Shown in pieces: positions 1-9,831 of a DNA stretch of 64,000 nt. Position 1 is the first letter of the stretch; every line of letters begins with the position of its first letter. Source of the DNA: Oopsacas minuta (taxonomy: Eukaryota; Animalia; Porifera); NCBI GenBank assembly GCA_024704765.1, contig JAKMXF010000322.1:294452-358451 (forward strand), written 5' to 3'. The notes beneath the pieces are model-generated. The model ran no database searches, was not told where the DNA came from, and was given only the letters and a program-made list of their open reading frames with translations. A program made the translations under genes and the position numbers.

Positions 1-14
1 TTTAAACTTCTTAG

Positions 15-344
15 CTTCATTTTCCGTTTTCAACATATTCGCCTGTGTTAACTACCTTGCTATAATGGGTCTATGGCTTTGGGTGACGGATCGAATCCCC
101 TATCATAATACAGATGACCCTATAAGGAAAATATATACTGATGTATATGTAGAATTTGACTACGGCTATTATCTAATAATACTATGTACAGCACTGTTGA
201 CTATTGCAGCTGTGTTCAATATTCTGGATATGCGATTATTCAAAAATGGATGCTTCAGAAAGAAATATAGGTAAGTTTTGTTGATATGTTTGTTTATATA
301 ACTAGCAGTAGTTATATTTAGAAATATACAGACAACTTCCGTAA
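15..344 (+). CDS. 3' end of a multi-pass membrane protein (claudin/clarin-like tetraspan fold suspected); 5' exons lie outside the window
   Basis: Exon 15-270 reads ASFSVFNIFACVNYLAIMGLWLW...YGYYLIILCTALLTIAAVFNIL (two hydrophobic segments). GTAAG donor at 271, CAG acceptor at 329-331, then RQLP-stop at 344. Confidence 0.5.
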
Positions 345-475
345 TATCGTGCACAGATATATCAAAGTCTGAAATTCAACAAAAATGGTCCCAAACTGTC
401 AAAGTTACATAAATTTATCAGTCATATCGAAGTAATTATCGCGGTCCTTTGAGCTTCGATATAACGGGGAGTTGA
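342..475 (+). mobile_element. Diverged copy of dispersed MITE-like repeat family A
   Basis: Shares ATGGTCCCAAAC-GTCAAAGT, GTCATATCGAAG and TTCGATATAACGGGGAGTT with the copies at 13922-14087 and 33803-33948. Confidence 0.6.
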
Positions 476-734
476 AATATTGTATTTGTATAACTATGAA
501 TAAACCCAAGTTGTAGTTGCATATTGACACCCCTAGGAGCACAAAACGCCCCAAATATGCGAACTAAATAAGTGTGACTCAATATATTATGTATTAACAC
601 ATATTTATGGGAATGTATAGGGAAAAACATGAATAAAAATGTAAAAAGTATTGTAAAGCAAAAGAAGGAAGAATTAGTGTTAATTTGATAAATAAAATAT
701 TTTACTCAAACAACTTATTCGTATATTAAACTAC

Positions 735-1829
735 CTAAGTATATTGTTGAAAAGTATTTTTTGGCAGTTTTTTCGCGAGTTTGGTTAATTTTTTCTTCGT
801 TGCTTTATCCATTCGTTTCAGCGTGCCTTGAGAATGGAATTGAGATGAGTCCATGTTCGCGGCTTGTCTTACCTCGCTATATAATTGCTGATTCTGCTTA
901 ACTCGCTGTAGAAATTCCACATTTTGTAAATAATGAGCTATTTTATAATCTTCAAAAACTTGATTTTCAGTCTCGTCCGGGTCAATGGGTACATCTAGCT
1001 CTTCAAGTTTGAGTGGTAATCGAAAAGGAGAGATACGGCCCTCTCTGGTACGAGAAATCTCATCGTTTGGCCCTGTGGAGAACTGAGCAATAGGCGTGTC
1101 CGGAAAAGATTTTGCACGAACTGGGGCTGAAATTCGTACACGCAGGAAATCATTAGGTAACGGACCGATTAATACAGTTTTACCGTTAACATTAAGCCGA
1201 TTTGTTTCCCCCTTCTTCCATTTAGTGAGATAATCCTTAGGAGGTGAAATCGGTGCTTCCGGTCGCAATATACCCACACTCGTGTTAAACCGTTTTAATT
1301 CTGGATGCTGCCCTAATCTCGGTTTCTCTTGGGTCTGATTTTTCGTGAATACAGGTAACGAAGCGTTTATATCAACAGATTTTTCTGCAGGGAAATAGTA
1401 TGCATCTAGATCATCATAACACGGCGGTAATTCAAATGAATCTACACCAGGAACTGTTGGGGGAGATACAGTATCCATACTGGATGGATTAGTTAACTGA
1501 AATAAGTCATGTGTAGCAGCTTCTATATTACCTCGTTTCTGTCTTAATATGTCCATTATAACTGGGCTATCTATGTCAGGGAATAACTGTGATAAATGTG
1601 TGAGTCTATCGTCAATGCCCATAGGTTGAGCATATTCAACACGTATTTCACTTGAAGTTGGTGGTGACGTCATGAATCTTTCACGCGCTGGAGGTGGTGG
1701 TCTACGTTGTTTGTTTTGTTGTTGTGCCTTGTTCACAACACGATGAGCATTTGTTTTTTTCTGTGCAGCAGTTGATCTTTGTGGTTGCTGTTCATTATTT
1801 TGATGTTTATTACTCAATAAAGGATTCAT
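735..1829 (-). CDS. CUEDC1: CUE-domain protein, CUEDC1-like, single exon, 364 aa
   Basis: CUE motif LSQLFPDIDSPVIMDILRQKRGNIEAATHDLFQL, plus family blocks LIGPLPNDFLRV and FEDYKIAHYLQNVEFL. Confidence 0.75.
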   Translation of the reverse strand: MNPLLSNKHQNNEQQPQRSTAAQKKTNAHRVVNKAQQQNKQRRPPPPARERFMTSPPTSSEIRVEYAQPMGIDDRLTHLSQLFPDIDSPVIMDILRQKRGNIEAATHDLFQLTNPSSMDTVSPPTVPGVDSFELPPCYDDLDAYYFPAEKSVDINASLPVFTKNQTQEKPRLGQHPELKRFNTSVGILRPEAPISPPKDYLTKWKKGETNRLNVNGKTVLIGPLPNDFLRVRISAPVRAKSFPDTPIAQFSTGPNDEISRTREGRISPFRLPLKLEELDVPIDPDETENQVFEDYKIAHYLQNVEFLQRVKQNQQLYSEVRQAANMDSSQFHSQGTLKRMDKATKKKLTKLAKKLPKNTFQQYT

Positions 1830-1891
1830 TCTATAAAGTTAGCTCTAAACAGTAGATTATTGATCAAATATGCAAAAATGGTCATTCAGAA

Positions 1892-1906
1892 GTTACGTGA
1901 CGTAAC
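1892..1906. promoter_or_regulatory. 15-bp palindrome GTTACGT-G-ACGTAAC (overlapping bZIP-type half sites), about 60 bp upstream of the CUEDC1-like ATG
   Basis: Perfect 7-bp inverted arms in the sequence; function is inferred. Confidence 0.35.
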
Positions 1907-2524
1907 CAAGGGGAGGTATAGACAATGTATAACAGCCCTATTTATATAATATCACTAATTACAGTAAACTCCTGTCATAACCAATTAGGATATAACGAAA
2001 CTCCCTTCCGACGAAGTAATTCTTTACTCCGCTTATAATGAAATGAAACTGGGGTCTTCGTTGTAACGAGAGTTTATTTTAATGGAAGCTCAACTTCATC
2101 CTACGTTAATGTCTATTAATATATTAAACTATAATGCTAAATTCTCTACGCTGCAAGCTCATCATTTGATGCATTACATTGACGAAAACAGACCTAAGAT
2201 AGTATCTACAATACTATTACGTAAATAGACATTAATTTAACCTTAGCTAGAGTTTTATATATGAGAGCAATGCATACAATAATATAATACGGATAGAAGC
2301 TGGCAATGTATTATATTTCCTATTCAACAAACAGTAATTAATAAGACTTTGTTACTCAACAGCAACTTCTCATATTCAGGTGTAAAGTTGTTGAGGGCTT
2401 CATCAGTTGACCGCCAGGGGTTTCAATGACCAATTATCTTCATGACAATGAGATATCTTTTTTAAGGAGTAGAAATGTGTATTCAAAATACTAATCAGCA
2501 TTTTAAAATATTTATTGTGTAGTT

Positions 2525-2544
2525 CAGCGGTTCCCAACCTTTTT
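2525..2544 (+). mobile_element. Possible hAT-type terminal inverted repeat remnant
   Basis: CAGCGGTTCCCAACCTTTTT resembles hAT/Charlie-type ends; no partner end was found before the gap. Confidence 0.25.
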
Positions 2545-3279
2545 AACCATGGACCCCCTCCCATAGACTGCAATACAAATTTTATGATCATGTGGACGTC
2601 CGTGAACCATCAAGGGATCCATAAATCATCAAAGTAGGACATATATCATTAAATACTCCATTGATATTCATAAATATTTTGAGATAGTAAACTTGTATTG
2701 AGCCTTTGTTGAATATTACAATCTCTTTATAGTGCATCAAGTACAGTAATAATGAACCCTCTAATTACAAGACAAATCATAGGACGTATCATGGCACCAT
2801 TACCGTTAGAACCTCCCGAATATAGAGAAGAGATTACTCCTCAGACAAGCCCTCCTCACTTTAATAACGGGAACACTTCCTTTATTGTATAAAATTAGAG
2901 TTTCTAAAATTTCAATGTAATTTATGCATGTATGCAATTATTGTATAATTTGTTCATTTTAAATAATTGTAAATAATAAATAACAAAATTTGTTGATTTT
3001 TATGTAACAAATTCCATTCACTTAGAAATAATTGAAAATACGTTTTATTCAGTTTTACATTTCGTGAAATATTTGAGAGATCATTTTACTTATTAGGATT
3101 CATTGCAAGACAAATATGGAGATAGATACGACCCCATTTTCAAAACATAATGGGGGAACGCAATGTATTATTGTATAACAAAACGGAGGTTCAGAGAATT
3201 GTAGTCAAGAATCATTAGATCAGACATATGCTTGGGTCCTCATAACCTCACAGCAAAAAGCCATTAGCTAGCTTAGTAA

Positions 3280-4279
3280 NNNNNNNNNNNNNNNNNNNNN
3301 NNNNNNNNNNNNNNNNNNNNNNNNNNNNNNNNNNNNNNNNNNNNNNNNNNNNNNNNNNNNNNNNNNNNNNNNNNNNNNNNNNNNNNNNNNNNNNNNNNNN
3401 NNNNNNNNNNNNNNNNNNNNNNNNNNNNNNNNNNNNNNNNNNNNNNNNNNNNNNNNNNNNNNNNNNNNNNNNNNNNNNNNNNNNNNNNNNNNNNNNNNNN
3501 NNNNNNNNNNNNNNNNNNNNNNNNNNNNNNNNNNNNNNNNNNNNNNNNNNNNNNNNNNNNNNNNNNNNNNNNNNNNNNNNNNNNNNNNNNNNNNNNNNNN
3601 NNNNNNNNNNNNNNNNNNNNNNNNNNNNNNNNNNNNNNNNNNNNNNNNNNNNNNNNNNNNNNNNNNNNNNNNNNNNNNNNNNNNNNNNNNNNNNNNNNNN
3701 NNNNNNNNNNNNNNNNNNNNNNNNNNNNNNNNNNNNNNNNNNNNNNNNNNNNNNNNNNNNNNNNNNNNNNNNNNNNNNNNNNNNNNNNNNNNNNNNNNNN
3801 NNNNNNNNNNNNNNNNNNNNNNNNNNNNNNNNNNNNNNNNNNNNNNNNNNNNNNNNNNNNNNNNNNNNNNNNNNNNNNNNNNNNNNNNNNNNNNNNNNNN
3901 NNNNNNNNNNNNNNNNNNNNNNNNNNNNNNNNNNNNNNNNNNNNNNNNNNNNNNNNNNNNNNNNNNNNNNNNNNNNNNNNNNNNNNNNNNNNNNNNNNNN
4001 NNNNNNNNNNNNNNNNNNNNNNNNNNNNNNNNNNNNNNNNNNNNNNNNNNNNNNNNNNNNNNNNNNNNNNNNNNNNNNNNNNNNNNNNNNNNNNNNNNNN
4101 NNNNNNNNNNNNNNNNNNNNNNNNNNNNNNNNNNNNNNNNNNNNNNNNNNNNNNNNNNNNNNNNNNNNNNNNNNNNNNNNNNNNNNNNNNNNNNNNNNNN
4201 NNNNNNNNNNNNNNNNNNNNNNNNNNNNNNNNNNNNNNNNNNNNNNNNNNNNNNNNNNNNNNNNNNNNNNNNNNNNNNN
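3280..4279. other. Assembly gap (1000 N)
   Basis: Run of exactly 1000 N. Confidence 1.
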
Positions 4280-5338
4280 GCCATTTGTTTGTTGTTCTGT
4301 TTATGATTATTCTCATTTACAGACTGTATTTATACAAATTCATACATTCATTATTCAGGTGTTAAGTGATGAACTAGAAAGTTACAACTAATCACATTTC
4401 CTTAAACTCTACCACGAGACTATTGTCTCACAGAATTAGGGATGTGTTAGGTCAGATAGCTTTCAATATGTAAATTAGTTCCAGTTATAACATGCCACAT
4501 TCCTTGTATAGAATTAGTTGCTATGCTGTATTAGCTATTAGTTCCAATTTGTGGGGGATTAATACTTAATGTAATATTATCTAGCCAACTGAATTCAATT
4601 GATTTGGTAACTGATACTATAAATAGAATAAGGCCCAGTTAATGAGAAGTCTGTTGCAAAAAAGAGCATATATGTTGAATAGAATTACTTGTATGCAAAT
4701 TGCACGAGAATGTCATATAATATAATTAGTAGTTAGTGCAGTCATTTATCGGGGGAGCAGAGGCGTAGCTAGCTTTTCCTTTGGGGTTGCTGACAATGAC
4801 CCCGGGGTTGCCAGCAACCCTAGCTACGCATATGCTGGGGAGGTCTTTGTCCTCCACCCCTTGCCAAAACGTCTGGATGAAACACTGGCAGTATAGGAGG
4901 ATACCCATATTTATAAGAACCTCTGTTATGTTTTATTCAAATAAGAACTAACGCTATGAATTGGATTATTGTTAGTCCATAAATTATAATACAGCAAGCC
5001 ATTACGTATAATAATCACTAGAGGATGCCAGATTTTCTATTCTATTTATCAGCTACAATACAGTGATTTTGTGATTTAAGCTGATCTATCCCATTACATA
5101 AGAAATAGTGACAAGTGTTTGTTGTTATTTTAATTGTATTTATCTTTGTTACAACAATTTATATATTGTAAATAATAGCAAGAATATATTCATATCTTTG
5201 TGGTAGTCCCTCAGGGCTTCAGCCTAGTGTCTTGGGGCTGTGAGTGCACTTGGGACAACTCCGTACCTTTCCCCACCACTACCCGAACTGTAGAGTTCGC
5301 ATAACGTATCAATTGAGCCGGCCGGACTCAAAGTAAAA

Positions 5339-5410
5339 GATTGAAGATTGAAGATTGAAGATTAAAGATTGAAGATTGAAGAATTAAAGATTGAAGAATT
5401 GAAGATTGAA
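5339..5410. repeat. 7-bp tandem repeat (TTGAAGA), about 10 copies
   Basis: Directly visible. Confidence 0.9.
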
Positions 5411-5700
5411 GCGATGAACAACGACAATGACCAGTACCGGGAGAGCTCCCCCACCCCAAACCGAAATCGGCCCCTTGACTCATTGATCACAGCCTCTCCA
5501 AGCTGATCACAACTAATCAAGAGTTTGAAAACAGTTATAGAGCAAGAGACAGCACTAGACACGCGTTGGATCTGTACATCACCAGAGCACCAGATCACCA
5601 GCAGAAGAAAAAGAATTGAAGAGATGAACACCAGATCACCAGCAGAAGAAAAGAAACGAAGAAAAGAAGAAGCACCACGACAAAGAAGAAAGAAGAAGCC

Positions 5701-5775
5701 ACGAAACGACGAAACGACGAAACAACGAAACGACGAAACAACGAAACGGCGAACAACGAAACGACGAAACGGGCG
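5701..5775. repeat. Imperfect 8-bp tandem repeat (ACGAAACG/ACGAAACA)
   Basis: Directly visible. Confidence 0.85.
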
Positions 5776-6716
5776 AATTTTTAACGAATGGAACGCTAAT
5801 ACCGACGGACCCTCTCACCACTAACTGAAATCATCCCAACAACGAGCTGGTCTCGACCTCCGCAAGCCGATAACAACTAATTGAGAGGATTTGAAAACAG
5901 TCAGTAGCAAGAAGCAGCATCAGCGAACCATAAAATAGCGAACGAAGAAGCGTACGTACGTAGGTGCGAACTAACGACGGAGTGTAGTAAATAAAGAATT
6001 ATACTCGTATATATATATGAATTGATTAGTGTCAGGTGTTGCAACGGTAATAATATAATTATTATTACCGTAGTTATACACCTGCAATATAGTGCTTATA
6101 TTAAACTAACTGTAACACCGGCAGTATCTATATATAACACCTGAATATTTGTACTGTACCAATTACAACACCTGCAGGTTTGTATTATTACAGGCTATAA
6201 CACCTGCAGTAGAGTATAGAGTATATATACGATATATTCTATTAGTTTAGTTTTCTACTAATCTCTAACACATAATTAATACTTTTCTTTATTATACGTT
6301 TAAGGCTGGTAAAATTTGGAATTTTTGAATGCACAAAAAGTGTAAAAAGTCGAAATTTTTTAAACGAGGTGTGAAATAATTGGTGTTCCGATTCATTACA
6401 CTCGTAACGCATAGGCCGTAATTAAATCAGAGATGCAAACTCTCACTCACACAGAATTCGTTACCCTCTAAATCTATAATACATTCCTGAATGACTCATC
6501 CTAGCAACATAAGAGCTGGCCTATTAAATGTACAGGATCTCAAAATTGTTATAGAAGTGACAAAGGTTGGGAAAGGCTGCTGAATATATATTTATGAATG
6601 TATTAATATGCAAAATAAATATACAAAATACAATAACAAAAATATTTACAAATAAAGTCTGTATGTGAAATATAAATCAAAACACAAACAAATAAAATAA
6701 CAACTAACACAGTTGT

Positions 6717-9646
6717 TTAGATCTTACTGTCAAGTTTTGTAGATATTTCCTTCATTAAGAATTCCAATTGATCGATTTTAATGTTCATCTGTTTGACAGA
6801 TAGATTCATCTCAGAGACCTGTGATTTCAGAGACTCTAGCTTCATGTCTTGTCTCTTGAAGTTACCCTCTTGTCCTAAGGGGGGCATAGTGGGAGATTCC
6901 ATAGATTCAGCAAATGTTACTATAAATAGAATAAGGCCCAGTTAATGAGAAACTTGTTTCAGCTCCACATGATGTCTATCTGAGGGCATTTCATATCTCA
7001 TTATGTTATGACGTCATCATAATACAAAGTGTCCAATTCATAGGAAATATTTAAATGATTCTACTTCTAAATATGTATAATTAAGCGTGTTAAAGGAGGT
7101 CTGTTACTGCTATTCACTCGTTAGTTAGTAAATATATTGTATATTTGAATTTCTATGATAAAATGGTGAAATAATGACAAAACTCATGTGACAGGTAAAC
7201 TTGATGCGGGCGGCGGAGCTGAAATAATTTAGATATTACTTACAAGAGGTCAGAGCACGTTTCTTCTGTTCTACTTGTTGCATTAGTATATGAACATTCA
7301 TCTTACTCTGATTACGTGTTATGAGAGCTTTCTGCTTGGCTAAGGACTTCACTTTAGTAACTTCAGTGGCATCCACATGTCCAAGGACTGGTACATCAGA
7401 ATCAGGGGCTGGATTAGCTACTTGAAGACCTTCTTTGAATGTTTTGAGTTCTTCTGATGCCTGTAATTATGCTTAGTTACATTACTGGTAGTTAGGAATG
7501 GGGCTGAAGGAGGGTATTTGATAAGACAGGAATTCATATACCATAATTATGGATTTGATAGCTGAACACGTTAACAGGTGTTGGGGAGATTGTGGAGAAT
7601 ATTAATAAATATAACTTACAGAAGTTGAGGGGTAATCTGAGGGATTTAAGTCATAGGAAGCTAAATAAATAATAAGTAAATAAACAAACAAATAAACACA
7701 CAAAAAAACAAACAAAAAAACATACAACTTACATACAGACTCTCTTACACCTTTACTGAGATTAAAGTTATCGCTAGCAACGGAATTGACCTTAGGAATA
7801 GAAGAAATCCTTGGTGGAGGTTGTCTGACAGTTGTCCTCTTGTTCCGATTCCTTCCACTAGCTCTGAAGTCTTTAACCTAAGCATACAAGGTGTATAATC
7901 ATATTTCCACACCTTTATATGTGAATACAATATATATATGAACTATGCCTTATTGAATACAGTCGTGCTTGCTGCAACATTCCTATTCCTATTATATTTC
8001 CCTCCACCACCTATGCCATTAGCAGGTAGTTCTGTAGATGTTATAACCACAGAGGTAGCGGGTGAATCTACTGGCTCTATGTTGAATGCTGGGAAGAATC
8101 CTGACAGCTCTCCGTATTTACAAAACCACCAACCATCCTGGTTTATTTTCAACACCTATACGAGGACACAATCTGATAACAATTCAACACTCTCTGTATG
8201 GTTCGATTCGTGTTTGTTACCTCAATAATATCTCCCTTATCAAGTGATAACTCATCCTCACTCTTAGCTACATATCCTTCTATTACATAATACTTCTCTG
8301 GTATTGTATCTTTATTGTCATCTTCAAACTCTTCATCTAGTGCCTCTAGGTATGCGGCGGGTATCCAAGCTTCTAATAGCTCACCTAAACAATGAGGTGT
8401 TAATTAGGACAATAGAGGAGTTTACTGTTTATGACCAATTGGACAAGTGACCGTCTCTAGCGATATAACACCTGTCATATTGGTCACTAAGAACTTACCA
8501 TCACTTTCTACACCCAGCTTGAGGGCTAACCACCATCCATCTGGATCACTCTCTAGGACAAGGAATATATCACCAGGGACACAGGAATGTTGTCCCTCTA
8601 TTCCAGCATATGGTGCAACAGCTCTATATCTATAAACAACAACAACACCACATAAACACCTAAACAAGTAAACAAACAATACCTTACTTTCCCTCATTCC
8701 TTTCTTGTATAGGTTGTACATCAGAGTCCCTTATAGCATCAGAGGTGTCAAGCTCTTCTAGGAATGTAGATGGTGCCCACCCGCTCTTCCCCTGGCACTC
8801 ACAGAACCACCAACCACCCTCTCTAACAAGGACACTTAACACATCTCCCTTCTTGAAACTCAGCTGATTGGATTTCTCCTTTGCTTTGAAGTCCGCTACA
8901 GCTACGAACTCTTCTATAACAACGCCACCTAGAGATCGGAATGTAATAACCACAAATATGTCCCTTGGGTGTATAAATGGCATACCTGTGTGTCCTAGTG
9001 GGTGCAGAGAAGCTTTCTGTCCTTTCCCCCTCAACTTGTGATCATATTCATCTTTAAGTTTGAAGAATGAATTAATGACAGAAGATCTGAGGATGAATTC
9101 ATCTAATTTTAGAATACTATTAAGATATTGCTGCATCTTCTCTTGCATATCTTTAGGTGATGTAGTTTTGAAGATACTGCTTTTCTTACTTGGGAGTAGA
9201 GGAAGAACACGTTCCTAGACAGTATATTGGTTACCATGGTGATTATCAAGTTATTATATTTCTTGGTGTGATAAGTCAAGCACCTATGGGAACACAGCTC
9301 CGAATAATTGTTTGATGGTTTGTTTGTTTGTTTGTTTACCTTTTCAGATATCTGTCCAGCTTGCACAGGAAACATAGCCTCAAGTTCAGACTGGAATTCA
9401 TAAAAATCAGAGTACAATCTGGACAGAGAGTACCTAGCAGAATCTGACCATTCTACGAATAATTCATAACGATATTTCTTGGAATTCGTTCTGTCATCTT
9501 TGACGTATGATGTCACCTGTAAATATAAACAATACGTGTTAATCTTTTCACACCTATGAATACACAATAAAGTGTCAAATACTAACCTCAATTTGTGTCA
9601 CACAAGGAGCTGTGAATTGTGAATGCGCTGTGTATTTAAGAGCCAT
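6717..9646 (-). CDS. PX + three SH3 domain protein (p47phox/NOXO1/SH3PXD2 Tks family), multi-exon
   Basis: PX exons YRYELFVEWSDSARYSLSRLYSDFYEFQSELEAMFPVQAG and RVLPLLP...QYLNSILKL. SH3 motifs: AVADFKAK...SFKKGD...GWW...GWAPSTFL; AVAPY...DGWW...WIPAAYL; GYVAKSEDELSLDKGD + DGWW...GFFPAFNI. ATG at 9646. Whether the last coiled-coil exon (6717-6919) belongs to this gene is uncertain. Confidence 0.8.
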
Positions 9647-9831
9647 TAATAACTAATATTAACAAATTTGTTGTTATTTGTAGAATGAATAACCTCTTAA
9701 CACACAGTAAACAATAAAATAAACAAATAGAATATGATATATATGTATGTATTGTCTCTAAAACGATCTTACAGAATCTAGCATTCCTCTAACACACTTA
9801 TATCTCTATGCAACTAATCGGCTACTATTCC

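Larger units (their letters stand above)
5198..6250 (+). mobile_element. Foreign-looking CpG-rich, A-skewed island with internal repeats and hairpins; unclassified TE-like fragment
   Basis: Contains a structured leader (5198-5330), (TTGAAGA)n, (ACGAAACG)n, a 25-bp direct repeat, a diverged repeat at about 5490/5855 and an interrupted ORF at 5414-5824. No transposase or RT motif is visible. Confidence 0.3.

Noticed and set aside
3268-4316. Two long ORFs (338 and 347 aa) in the ORF track
   Set aside because: They are translations of the N gap.
4726-4908. 60-aa minus-strand ORF next to the gap
   Set aside because: No recognisable domain or supported exon chain.
5198-5330. Assignment as HDV, hammerhead or twister ribozyme, tRNA, or LTR primer-binding site
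   Set aside because: Core catalytic nucleotides or the cloverleaf could not be fitted; it is kept only as an unclassified structured segment.
6300-6340. AATTTTTGA Sm-site-like word as a possible SL-RNA gene
   Set aside because: No convincing leader, GT donor or stem-loop arrangement, and the word is common in AT-rich DNA.
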